DNA of 30,952 bases from NCBI GenBank assembly GCA_043803685.1, contig JAZDJU010000108.1:1-30952 (forward strand), read 5' to 3'. Source of the DNA: Candidatus Omnitrophota bacterium (lineage in GTDB: Bacteria > Omnitrophota > Omnitrophia > Omnitrophales > Aquincolibacteriaceae). This document shows positions 8,352 through 17,492 of this stretch, one piece after another (within the stretch, counting starts at the first letter, position 1; each line of letters opens with the position of its first letter). Under the pieces are notes generated by a model. It was given only the letters and a program-made list of their open reading frames with translations, was not told the DNA's origin and did not search any database. A program made the position numbers and the translations under genes.

Positions 8352-8858
8352 ATGTACTTTTGGATCATCGCTTTTGGTTTCGTTCTGGCCATGCGCGGCG
8401 CAAGGCCTGCGCTTTTGCAAAGGCCCCTCGAGGGCCTAAAACATATCGGTCGTGAAAACAACGACTTCTTTTTCACCCTGAGCCTCATCCTGGCGATCTG
8501 GAACTTTGCGGCCGGCTTTGAACGGATCGAGAACGCCGTCCGGGAATACGCAATTCTGGGTTTTGGGCTTATGGCCTACCTGCTTTCCCGATACCAGAAG
8601 AAAGGGGATGTCTTTTTCCTTTCTGTTCTTGCGGGAGCTTTCATGATTAGCTTAAAACGAAGCGATATTTCACAGGCGGTCCTGTGGGCAGGCGCCGTTA
8701 GCGCAGGGGTCGCCCTTTTCCAGGGCGTTTTTCTGGGATTAAGACACCGGTTGCTCTTTTCTCGAATTCCCGAACCTTCTAAAGGATGGCCGGCCCTTTG
8801 TCTTTTGGCCGGATTTATTTCCATGGCCTTGTGGGGTTTCGTGCGCTTGGTTTTCTAA
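8352..8858 (+). CDS. Divergent RnfA/NqrE-like membrane protein
   Basis: C-terminus FLGLRHRLLFSRIPEPSKGWPALCLLAGFISMALWGF matches the RnfA pattern FAGIRERL...VP.PF.G.PI.LITAGLMSLAFMGF; GARP stands at the GLCP position. Confidence 0.65.
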   Translation: MYFWIIAFGFVLAMRGARPALLQRPLEGLKHIGRENNDFFFTLSLILAIWNFAAGFERIENAVREYAILGFGLMAYLLSRYQKKGDVFFLSVLAGAFMISLKRSDISQAVLWAGAVSAGVALFQGVFLGLRHRLLFSRIPEPSKGWPALCLLAGFISMALWGFVRLVF

Positions 8859-8934
8859 GGTTTTTGTCCGGGAAGTCGACAATAGCAGGAAGAAACAGTT
8901 CACTGCGGCGAATTTATTTCGGAGGAGTGTTCTC

Positions 8935-10026
8935 ATGGCTATTGAGCAGATCCTGTTAGCGGCGGTCGAAAAAGAAGCTTCGGACATTCATCTCACCGTA
9001 GGTCGCCCCGTGACCTTTCGCCTGGTCGGGGATCTTGTCTCAGTCGGTGAAAAATCACTGACCCAACAGGATACCGAAGCTTTTGCCAAGGAGATCACGA
9101 CCGAAGTTCAGCGCAAAAAGGTCGAGGAGGTCGGAGGGATTGATTTCGGATTCTCCTTCATGGATAAAGCGCGCTTCCGCGTCTCCTGCTTCAAGCAACA
9201 GGGGCACTATTCTTTGGTGCTGCGCCTTCTCCCTTCGAAGTTCTACGGGTTTGAAGACATTGGTCTGCCGCATCAACTGATCGATACCCTGAGCGTTCCG
9301 CGCGGTCTAGTCCTTGTGACGGGGCCTACCGGTAGCGGGAAAACGACTACGCTCGCAACCATGCTCAATTATATCAACGAGAATTATCCGAAGCACATCA
9401 TTACCGCTGAAGATCCGGTCGAATTCGTGCATCACCATAAAAAGTGCGTGATTACGCAACGGGAAGTTGGGGAGGACGTTCCAAGCTTTGCTGAGGCGAT
9501 CGTGAAGTCCCTGCGCCAGGACCCGGACGTGATCCTGATCGGGGAGATGCGCGATCTGTCGACCATGGAAACCGCCATTCGTGCTGCCGAAACAGGCCAT
9601 TTGGTGTTCTCCACGTTACATACCACAGGCGCTGCTCGAACCGTGGACCGCATTATCGACGTTTTTCCGGCCTATCAGCAACCGCTGGTTCGCGTGCAGC
9701 TTGCCGCCACGATTGTTGCCGTGATCTCGCAAGTGCTTGTGCCGCGGCTGGATGGGGCAGGACGCGTGGCGGCTTTCGAGATCATGTTCGCCACGCCGGC
9801 TATCCGCAATCTGATCCGTGAGGGAAAGACCTACCAGATCCTTTCCGAGATCCAGACCGGCTCGCGTTACGGTATGATCATGTTGGACGATTATCTCAAG
9901 CAGCTTTATCTCCAGGGGATCATTAGTTACGACGCCGCCCTCGAGGTGGCCGTCGATTCTCGCGAGCTCGGCATCCAGCTTTCCAAGAATGTGCCAGGGA
10001 GCGGCGGAAAGGAAAAAGCCAGATAA
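8935..10026 (+). CDS. pilT: Type IV pilus retraction ATPase PilT
   Basis: ASDIHL, GPTGSGKTT, EDPVE, LRQDPDVILIGEMRD, HLVFSTLH, AIRNLIRE; GGAGGAG RBS. Confidence 0.92.
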   Translation: MAIEQILLAAVEKEASDIHLTVGRPVTFRLVGDLVSVGEKSLTQQDTEAFAKEITTEVQRKKVEEVGGIDFGFSFMDKARFRVSCFKQQGHYSLVLRLLPSKFYGFEDIGLPHQLIDTLSVPRGLVLVTGPTGSGKTTTLATMLNYINENYPKHIITAEDPVEFVHHHKKCVITQREVGEDVPSFAEAIVKSLRQDPDVILIGEMRDLSTMETAIRAAETGHLVFSTLHTTGAARTVDRIIDVFPAYQQPLVRVQLAATIVAVISQVLVPRLDGAGRVAAFEIMFATPAIRNLIREGKTYQILSEIQTGSRYGMIMLDDYLKQLYLQGIISYDAALEVAVDSRELGIQLSKNVPGSGGKEKAR

Positions 10027-10045
10027 ATAGCCAGAGAAATATAAC

Positions 10046-10074
10046 TTGACCCAGCCAGGGGGCGTGAGTATCCT
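10046..10074 (+). promoter_or_regulatory. sigma70-type promoter upstream of the putative ncRNA and polA
   Basis: TTGACC (10046-10051), 17-bp spacer, TATCCT (10069-10074). Confidence 0.55.
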
Positions 10075-10099
10075 ATGCCCGCCCTTGAGCAGGGAGGGT

Positions 10100-10282
10100 G
10101 GGTCCTGGGGATGTTCGGAACAGATAGGGACTCGGAGAAATTCCACGCAAAAGAGATCCAGTTCAAAAATAATCCCTAGGTTTTTTCGCCACACTCAGCT
10201 CTTTCCGCGTATTTTTCTGGAGAACATGTTTCGGGAATTCGGCCCTCATGTCAAATAATCGCAATACGGCGACCCCGGGCTC
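10100..10282 (+). ncRNA. Putative 6S-RNA-like long-hairpin ncRNA
   Basis: ~183 nt. The 5' GGUCCUGGGGAUGUUCG can pair with the 3' CGGCGACCCCGGGC, resembling 6S closing stems; inner pairings ACGC/GCGU and AAAGAG/CUCUUU; promoter just upstream. Judged by eye only. Confidence 0.35.
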
Positions 10283-10375
10283 TTTTAGCCGCGGCGGCGA
10301 AGAGAGCAAAACGATCTTTGTTGCCCCTATAGAAATGGTAAAGAAGGACAAAGTCAGCCTCCGTTGAACCCCAAA

Positions 10376-13090
10376 ATGGCAAAGCAGATCCCGAATAAGG
10401 ATTCTCAGAGGGAAAAACTGTTCCTGGTGGACGGACATTCCTTTTGCTACCGGGCTTTTTATGCGATCCCGAGCCTGACAAATTCCAAGGGGGAGCCGAC
10501 CAACGCGATCTATGGGTTTGTGGCCATGATGCGACGGCTTATGGAAGAGCAGAGGCCGGAGCGGATGGCCGTATGTTTTGACCGGAAGGAACCCACGTTC
10601 CGGCACGAGCAATATGCGGGATACAAGGCACACCGCAAGCCCATGCCCGAAGAGCTCGTGAAGCAGATCGAGCCTATCAAGCAGTTCTGCCGGCTCTCAA
10701 ACATGACGATCTTTGAAAAAGCAGGTTACGAGGCCGATGACGTGATCGGGACCCTGGCAAGAAAAGGGGAAAAGGAAGGCTATCAAGTCTTCATTATCAC
10801 GGGGGACAAGGACGCCTTTCAGTTGGTCAACGATCAGATCAAGATCCTCCAGCCGCATAAGGAGAATTTGATCTATGACGCCGAAAAAGTCCGGGAACGC
10901 TTCAGCGGGCTCGGACCGGACAGGGTCGTGGACATTCTCGCGCTTATGGGAGACGCTTCGGACAATATCCCGGGCGTACCGGGGATCGGTGAGAAGACAG
11001 CCATCAAGCTTATCCAGACATTTGGGTCTCTCGACCAGCTGATCGAGCGATTCGAAGAGCTTCCCTCGGAGAAACAGAGGCAAAAGATACGGGAGAACAT
11101 GGAAGATCTTAAAATGTCCCAAAGGCTTGCGACGATTGACACAGACACGCCGGTCGAGATCGATTGGCAGGCCTTGCGGGTGGTCGAAGCGGATGCAGAG
11201 GCTCTGACGGAATTCTTTAAGCGTTATGAATTCCGGGGCTTTTTAAAGAACGTTGCGCCCGTCGTGGAAAAGGAAGCAAAGGAGCGGCGCTATCAAGCGG
11301 TCACGACCGCCCAAGGGCTTAAAAGTCTTGTGGAAATGCTCAAAAAAGAAAAGGCATTCAGTTTCGACACCGAAACAACTTCGACCGACCCCATGAAGGC
11401 GGCATTGGTCGGCATGAGCTTTTGTTCGGAGCCTTTTACGGCTTATTACATTCCCGTGGCGTCTGAGAAACATCAGGGTCCAGGACTGACTCTCGAGGAG
11501 GTTCTGGAAACGGTGAAGCCGGTCCTTGAAGACGGCGAGATCGCCAAATATGGACAAAACATAAAATATGATGAGATCGTCATGGCGCGGCACGGCGTGC
11601 GGCTGTCCGGCGTGACCTTTGACACCATGATCGCTAGCTATCTGATCGATCCTGTCAAACGGAACCATAATCTCGACGATATCTCGCTCGAATATTTGAA
11701 TGTACAGAAGATCACGACGGAAAGCCTGATCGGAAAAGGCAAAAAAAGCATCACGATGGACGGCGTTCCTTTGGAGCAGATCACAAATTACGCCTGCGAA
11801 GATGCCGATTGCGTGACGCGGCTCGCGCCGATCCTGAAAAACCGAATGAAAGAGCTCGGACTTACGGAGCTCTACGAGAAAGTAGAGCTCCCTTTGTCCG
11901 GAGTTCTGGCGCGGATCGAAAGGAACGGCGTGGCGCTTGACTTGGAGTTCCTCAAGGAGCTTTCGGAAAAGGCGACACTGGAGATCGAGGCTCTTATCAA
12001 AGATATCTATGCTGATGCCGGGAACGAATTTAATTTGGATTCGCCCAAGCAGCTTGCGGACGTGTTATTCGTTCAGAAAAAATTACCGGCCCTGAAAAAG
12101 ATCAAGACGGGGTATTCGACGGACGCGAGCGTGCTCGAGAAACTTGCTCTTTCACATGAACTGCCGCGCAAGATCCTGGAATACCGGGAACGCGCGAAGC
12201 TGCGGTCAACCTATCTTGATGCTTTACCCGAGATGGTGAACAACGAAACGCATTGCGTGCACACGTCTTTCAACCAAACGACCACGGATACAGGGCGGCT
12301 TTCGAGTTCGGAACCGAATCTTCAGAACATCCCGGTCAAGACCGAGATGGGACGGCTGATCCGGAAGGCTTTTGTAGCGCGGCCGCGGAAAAAGGGAGCC
12401 GGGAAGATCCTTTCGGCGGATTATTCCCAGATCGAGCTGCGGATCCTCGCGCATTTTTCCGGAGATCCAAACCTGACCCGTGCGTTTGCCGAGGACCGGG
12501 ACATTCACACCTTTACGGCGACGCTTCTTTACGGCGTTGATGAAAAAAACGTGACGCGGGAGATGCGGAGCGCTGCGAAGACCATCAATTTCAGCATTAT
12601 TTATGGCAAGACGAGCTACGGGCTTTCCCAGGATCTGAATATGTCGATCCCGGAGGCGGATCACTTTATCAAACATTACTTTGAGCGCTACGCCAAGGTG
12701 AAAGAGTTCCTGGACGGGCAAAAGGAAAAGGCTAAAAAGGACGGGTTTCTGACCACGCTTTTGGGCCGCCGTTCTTATTTCCCGAACATTAACGCTTCCA
12801 ATATGCAGCTGCGTCAGTACGCTGAGCGCTCGGCGATCAATGCGCCGATCCAGGGGTCGGCGGCGGACTTGATCAAGATCGCGATGATCGCGATCCAAAG
12901 GCGGCTTGACCAAGACCGAAGCGAAAGCTTCATGATCATGCAAGTGCACGACGAGCTGGTGTTCGATGCGCCTTTGGGCGAGATCCCTGCGCTCACGAAA
13001 CTTGTGAAAGAAGAAATGGAAGGCGCCTACACACTCAAGGTGCCGCTCAAGGTCGACGTGACCGTAGGAGAGACATGGTACAAAAATTGA
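10376..13090 (+). CDS. polA: DNA polymerase I (5'-3' exonuclease, 3'-5' exonuclease, polymerase)
   Basis: LVDGHSFCYRAFYA, EADDVIGT, GDASDNIPGVPGIGEKTA, FDTET, TGRLSSSEPNLQNIP, DYSQIELR, QVHDEL. ATG at 10376; alternative TTG at 10364. Confidence 0.97.
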   Translation: MAKQIPNKDSQREKLFLVDGHSFCYRAFYAIPSLTNSKGEPTNAIYGFVAMMRRLMEEQRPERMAVCFDRKEPTFRHEQYAGYKAHRKPMPEELVKQIEPIKQFCRLSNMTIFEKAGYEADDVIGTLARKGEKEGYQVFIITGDKDAFQLVNDQIKILQPHKENLIYDAEKVRERFSGLGPDRVVDILALMGDASDNIPGVPGIGEKTAIKLIQTFGSLDQLIERFEELPSEKQRQKIRENMEDLKMSQRLATIDTDTPVEIDWQALRVVEADAEALTEFFKRYEFRGFLKNVAPVVEKEAKERRYQAVTTAQGLKSLVEMLKKEKAFSFDTETTSTDPMKAALVGMSFCSEPFTAYYIPVASEKHQGPGLTLEEVLETVKPVLEDGEIAKYGQNIKYDEIVMARHGVRLSGVTFDTMIASYLIDPVKRNHNLDDISLEYLNVQKITTESLIGKGKKSITMDGVPLEQITNYACEDADCVTRLAPILKNRMKELGLTELYEKVELPLSGVLARIERNGVALDLEFLKELSEKATLEIEALIKDIYADAGNEFNLDSPKQLADVLFVQKKLPALKKIKTGYSTDASVLEKLALSHELPRKILEYRERAKLRSTYLDALPEMVNNETHCVHTSFNQTTTDTGRLSSSEPNLQNIPVKTEMGRLIRKAFVARPRKKGAGKILSADYSQIELRILAHFSGDPNLTRAFAEDRDIHTFTATLLYGVDEKNVTREMRSAAKTINFSIIYGKTSYGLSQDLNMSIPEADHFIKHYFERYAKVKEFLDGQKEKAKKDGFLTTLLGRRSYFPNINASNMQLRQYAERSAINAPIQGSAADLIKIAMIAIQRRLDQDRSESFMIMQVHDELVFDAPLGEIPALTKLVKEEMEGAYTLKVPLKVDVTVGETWYKN

Positions 13091-13689
13091 TCGTGGGACT
13101 TACCGGAGGGTTCGGGGTCGGGAAGAGCTCGGTCGCGCAGTTTTTCAAGAACCTGGGCGCTGAGGTGATCGATGCCGACGAGATCGCGCATGACAGCATG
13201 AAAAAAGGTAGCCCGATCTTTGACCCGATCATTGAGCTCTTTGAAGACGCCCTGCATCCGGGGGGCAAAAAAATGGATCGCGCGATGATGGCGGAGATCG
13301 TTTTTGCCGACACGAAGAGGCGCAAAGAGCTTGAGGCGGTCGTGCATCCGTATGTTCTTGAAAAGATCAAAGAGAAGATCGAAGCGTCCGAGCGGCGCGT
13401 GATCCTCGTAGAAGTGCCGCTTCTTTTTGAGGCCGGGTTCGAGGTTCTCTGCCACAAGGTCGTGGTCGTCACTTGCAATTCGACCGTTAAAATGAAGCGC
13501 CTAAAAGCGAAAAAGTTCACGGAGCAAGAGATCCGGGCGCGCGAACGGGCCCAAATGGCCGAGGCCCTCAAAGCCCAAAGGGGAAATTTTATCATCGATA
13601 ATTCGAAGTCCATTTACCAAACAAAAAGAGAGGTCGAACGGCTTTGGTACAAATTCGTCTCTCTCTCCAAAGGAGCCAACCAACAATGA
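13075..13689 (+). CDS. coaE: Dephospho-CoA kinase
   Basis: [34 protein letters not shown]; overlaps the polA end. Confidence 0.93.
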   Translation: MVQKLIVGLTGGFGVGKSSVAQFFKNLGAEVIDADEIAHDSMKKGSPIFDPIIELFEDALHPGGKKMDRAMMAEIVFADTKRRKELEAVVHPYVLEKIKEKIEASERRVILVEVPLLFEAGFEVLCHKVVVVTCNSTVKMKRLKAKKFTEQEIRARERAQMAEALKAQRGNFIIDNSKSIYQTKREVERLWYKFVSLSKGANQQ

Positions 13690-15119
13690 CAAGAGAAACA
13701 AGAGATGTTCGGGAGCCCAAGGAAAGAACGCACGCGCACCATCGTCGCGTTGAGGACGGATCCTCGAAACCGCGTCCGCCGCGCATGATGCAGGAAGATG
13801 CCGCGGCCAACGGCGAAGCGCTCGAAAGGGCGCTGCAGCAGCAGAAGTCGGGCGAAAAGCCGCTGGATGTCGTCAGCCTGAAAAAAATGAAGATCAGCGA
13901 ACTTCAGAAAATGGCGCACAAGTTCAACGTCGAGAACGTTGCCGGCCTGAAGCGCCAGGATCTCATCTTCAAGGTTCTCCAGGGACAAGCCCAGCAGTCC
14001 GGACTCATGTTCGGGGAAGGCGTGCTTGAGATCCTGGAAGACGGATTCGGTTTCCTGCGTTCTCCCAACTACAATTACCTGCCTTCGCCGGATGACATTT
14101 ACGTCAGTCCGAGCCAGATCCGCCGGTTCAATCTTCGGACCGGGGACGTGGTCGGAGGGCTCATCCGTCCGCCGAAAGAGGGGGAACGGTACTTTGCCCT
14201 GCTCAAGGTCGAGTTGATCAACTTTGAGGAGCCCGATCACGCGAAAGACAAGATCGCGTTCGATAACCTCACGCCGCTCTATCCGAACCAGCGGATCAAA
14301 CTCGAGACGACGCAGGAAGAAGTTTCCATGCGCGTGATGGATCTTTTGACGCCGATCGGGTTTGGACAGCGCGGCATGATCGTCGCGCAGCCCTATAGCG
14401 GAAAGACGATCCTTCTTCAAAAACTCGCCAACAGCATCACCACGAACCATCCGGACGCGTATCTGATCGTGCTTCTGATCGACGAGCGTCCTGAAGAGGT
14501 GACGGACATGCAGCGTTCCGTCAAAGGTGAAGTCATCGCCTCGACCTTCGATGAGCCGGCGGACCGGCACGTCCAGGTCGCGGAGATCGTGCTCGAGAAG
14601 GCCAAGCGCCTCGTCGAGCACAAACGCGACGTGGTCATTCTCCTCGATAGCATCACCCGTTTGGCCCGGGCTTACAACGCCGTGGCCCCGCATTCCGGGA
14701 AGATCCTCTCAGGCGGCGTGGATTCGAACGCGCTCCACAAACCGAAGCGCTTTTTCGGTTCGGCCCGCAATGTGGAAGAGGGCGGGAGCATCACGATCAT
14801 CGCCACCGCGCTCGTGGACACGGGCTCGCGCATGGACGAGGTCATTTTCGAAGAGTTCAAAGGCACGGGCAACATGGAGCTGCAGCTGGACCGCAATCTT
14901 TTCCAACGCAGGATCTATCCGGCCATTGATGTCAAGAAATCCAACACGCGTAAGGAAGACCTTTTGATCCCCGCCGAAGAGCTCAACCGGGTGTGGATCC
15001 TCCGCAAGGTTCTGAACGAACTGAATCCGTCGGAAGCAATGGAGCTTCTGGTGGACCGTCTTAAAAAAACCAAATCCAACGCTGATTTTCTTCTCAGCAT
15101 GAATAAAGTAAAGGAGTAA
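13686..15119 (+). CDS. rho: Transcription termination factor Rho
   Basis: [55 protein letters not shown] at 13686 overlaps the coaE stop and has an AAGGAG RBS. Confidence 0.96.
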   Translation: MTRETRDVREPKERTHAHHRRVEDGSSKPRPPRMMQEDAAANGEALERALQQQKSGEKPLDVVSLKKMKISELQKMAHKFNVENVAGLKRQDLIFKVLQGQAQQSGLMFGEGVLEILEDGFGFLRSPNYNYLPSPDDIYVSPSQIRRFNLRTGDVVGGLIRPPKEGERYFALLKVELINFEEPDHAKDKIAFDNLTPLYPNQRIKLETTQEEVSMRVMDLLTPIGFGQRGMIVAQPYSGKTILLQKLANSITTNHPDAYLIVLLIDERPEEVTDMQRSVKGEVIASTFDEPADRHVQVAEIVLEKAKRLVEHKRDVVILLDSITRLARAYNAVAPHSGKILSGGVDSNALHKPKRFFGSARNVEEGGSITIIATALVDTGSRMDEVIFEEFKGTGNMELQLDRNLFQRRIYPAIDVKKSNTRKEDLLIPAEELNRVWILRKVLNELNPSEAMELLVDRLKKTKSNADFLLSMNKVKE

Positions 15120-15124
15120 CAAAC

Positions 15125-15448
15125 ATGAAAAAAGACATCCATCCCAAGTACGACGTTTCCACCATCCAGTGCGCGTGCGGTAACGTGATCGAAACGCGCA
15201 GCGTGATGCCCCGGATCCAGGTCGATATCTGCTCGAGCTGCCATCCGTTCTTTACCGGCAAACAGAAGATCCTCGATACCGCCGGCCGCATCGACCGTTT
15301 CAAGAAGAAATTCCAGGATCGCGTGGCCGTGAACAAAAAGGCGACCAAAGTGGTTCCCAAGATGCCGGTGAAGCTCAAGTTCTCCGAGGATACCCGGAAA
15401 GAAAAACTCCAGGCGCTGAAGGCGAAAGTCCAGGCGGAAGGAAAATAA
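15125..15448 (+). CDS. rpmE: 50S ribosomal protein L31 (Zn-binding type) with Lys-rich C-terminal extension
   Basis: [34 protein letters not shown]. Confidence 0.95.
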   Translation: MKKDIHPKYDVSTIQCACGNVIETRSVMPRIQVDICSSCHPFFTGKQKILDTAGRIDRFKKKFQDRVAVNKKATKVVPKMPVKLKFSEDTRKEKLQALKAKVQAEGK

Positions 15449-15457
15449 AAAAGGATC

Positions 15458-15535
15458 CGGATGGCGGATGACGGATGACGGATGGTGGAAAAGGTTCAAC
15501 GCCATCCTCTATCCTCCATCCTCCATCCTGTTTTT
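15458..15535. repeat. Heptamer-repeat hairpin 2 (CGGATGR x4 / CYATCCT x4) followed by a T-tract
   Basis: cggatgg cggatga cggatga cggatgg ... ccatcct ctatcct ccatcct ccatcct gttttt, ending 2 bp before the prfA ATG. Confidence 0.7.
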
Positions 15536-15537
15536 AG

Positions 15538-16608
15538 ATGAGAATTCGCGAACGATTAGAAAAAACGGAAGCAAGGTTTCACGAGATCCAGGCCTTGCTC
15601 GAAAATCCCGATACAGCCCGGAGCAGGTTCCAGGCCCTGAGCAAGGAGATGTCGCTCCTTAGGCCGATCATCGAGCTTTTTGAAAAGTACAAAAAGAGCG
15701 AGCAAGAGATCGGGGGACTGAAGCACGGCCTTGAAGGCAGTCACGGGGACGAGGCTATGAAGGATCTTATCACCGAAGAGCTCGGCGCGCTCGAGGCGGG
15801 GCAGAAGGAAGCGGAAAGCAAGCTCGAAGAGCTTTTTCTCCGGGATATGCAGCCCGATGCGGCGCGGGACGTGATCGTGGAGATCCGCGCAGGGACCGGA
15901 GGCGAGGAGGCAGCTCTTTTTGCGGGGGATCTTTTCCGCATGTACAGTATGTATGCCGGGAATCATGGCTTGCGCATCGAGGTGATGGACGCGAATCCCA
16001 CGGGGATCGGCGGGTTCAAGGAGATCATTTTCGGCGTGACTGGGGACCATGTTTTCAGCTTTTTCAAGTATGAGAGCGGGATCCATCGCGTCCAACGCGT
16101 GCCGAAGACCGAAGCAAGCGGGCGCATTCACACCTCGGCGGTCACAGTAGCGGTATTGCCTGACGTTGAGGAAGAAGAGATCGAGATTCTTTCGACCGAT
16201 CTCCGGATCGATGTCTATCGCGCTTCGGGAGCCGGGGGACAGCACGTAAACAAAACCGAATCGGCGGTGCGTATTACGCACATGCCGACCGGATTTGTAG
16301 TCGCGTGTCAGGATGAAAGGTCCCAGCAAAAAAATAAAGCGAAAGCCATGCGCATTTTACGCGCGAAGATCTTTGATTTTCGCCGGGCCCTGCAGGAAGC
16401 CGAAGTCGCGAAGAACCGCAAAGCGCAGATCGGCTCCGGGGATCGCTCGGGCAAGGTAAGAACTTATAATTATCCGGATAACCGGATCACGGACCACAGG
16501 ATCGGTCTTACGCTTCACAGTTTGAACCAGGTTCTGGACGGGAAACTCGACCCCGTGATTCAAGGGCTTGCCGAGGACGAAAAAACCCGACTTCTGACGA
16601 CTTTATGA
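15538..16608 (+). CDS. prfA: Peptide chain release factor 1
   Basis: EIRAGTGGEEAALF, HRVQRVPKTE (PxT motif of RF1), GAGGQHVN, RTYNY. Confidence 0.96.
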   Translation: MRIRERLEKTEARFHEIQALLENPDTARSRFQALSKEMSLLRPIIELFEKYKKSEQEIGGLKHGLEGSHGDEAMKDLITEELGALEAGQKEAESKLEELFLRDMQPDAARDVIVEIRAGTGGEEAALFAGDLFRMYSMYAGNHGLRIEVMDANPTGIGGFKEIIFGVTGDHVFSFFKYESGIHRVQRVPKTEASGRIHTSAVTVAVLPDVEEEEIEILSTDLRIDVYRASGAGGQHVNKTESAVRITHMPTGFVVACQDERSQQKNKAKAMRILRAKIFDFRRALQEAEVAKNRKAQIGSGDRSGKVRTYNYPDNRITDHRIGLTLHSLNQVLDGKLDPVIQGLAEDEKTRLLTTL

Positions 16609-17486
16609 GCTGTGCGGAAAAACGGAAAGAAAGCGGGCTTCTTGAGCTGATCGCCTGGGGGCGAAAAGAGCTTTTAGGTGCCGGGATCGACGAAGCTCAG
16701 GAAGAATGTGAGCGGATCCTGATGAAGCTCCTTGGGTGTAAGCGTTCCGGGCTCTATTTAGGAGAGCACGAGATGGCCGCGTCAGGGGTTCGTGGTCAGT
16801 TTTTGACGATCCTCGAAAAGAGAATCTCAAGAAAACCGCTAGCCTATCTTTTGAACGAGGCTGATTTTTGGCAAGAAACTTTGTATGTAGACGAGCGATG
16901 CCTCATCCCGCGGCCTGAGACTGAGATCCTGGTCGAGCAGGTTTTGAAAGCGGCCGGAGAGAGAGCTGAAAAAGAGTTTTCATTTTTAGATATCGGAACG
17001 GGCTCTGGAGCGATCGCGATCGCGATCTTGCGAGAGCTTAGGAACTCCAGAGCGACACTGCTCGATATTTCCAAAGAGGCGCTCGAAGTGGCAAGAAAGA
17101 ACCTAGAGCGTTATGTTCTCGGAGATCGTGTTAGTCTGATCCAGGGTAATCTGTTTGAGCCGTTCTCAAACGGCGAGAAATGGGATCTGATCATCTCGAA
17201 CCCGCCTTATCTATCGAAAGAGGATTGGAAGGGAGTCCAGGAAGAGCTCAGCTTTGAGCCCCGAATGGCCCTGGATGGCGGGGAGGACGGTCTGGATTTT
17301 TACCGGAAGATCGTTCAGGGCGCAAAGGGGCATTTATCGCCCGGCGGGCTTCTTGCCCTAGAGGTGGGACAAGGACAGGCGGATATGGTTTCAAAGTGGC
17401 TTCAAGAAGCGGGTTATGATAATATTCAGCGTTTTAATGACCATTTACGGGTCCAGAGGGTCGTAACGGCCCAGAGGCATTCATAG
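16605..17486 (+). CDS. prmC: Release factor glutamine methyltransferase
   Basis: LIPRPETE, DIGTGSGAIA, SNPPY, ALDGGEDGLDFY; ATGA overlap with prfA. Confidence 0.95.
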   Translation: MSCAEKRKESGLLELIAWGRKELLGAGIDEAQEECERILMKLLGCKRSGLYLGEHEMAASGVRGQFLTILEKRISRKPLAYLLNEADFWQETLYVDERCLIPRPETEILVEQVLKAAGERAEKEFSFLDIGTGSGAIAIAILRELRNSRATLLDISKEALEVARKNLERYVLGDRVSLIQGNLFEPFSNGEKWDLIISNPPYLSKEDWKGVQEELSFEPRMALDGGEDGLDFYRKIVQGAKGHLSPGGLLALEVGQGQADMVSKWLQEAGYDNIQRFNDHLRVQRVVTAQRHS

Positions 17487-17492
17487 CTTTAT

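Noticed and set aside
10046..10258. 70-aa ORF between pilT and polA
   Set aside because: Its TTG start coincides with the predicted -35 box, it has no RBS, and the sequence is not protein-like.
13614..14693. Long antisense ORFs (also 3416-4357, 12224-12949, 15556-16329, 17823-18503, 21655-22539)
   Set aside because: They are shadow frames opposite well-conserved genes and carry no recognisable motifs.
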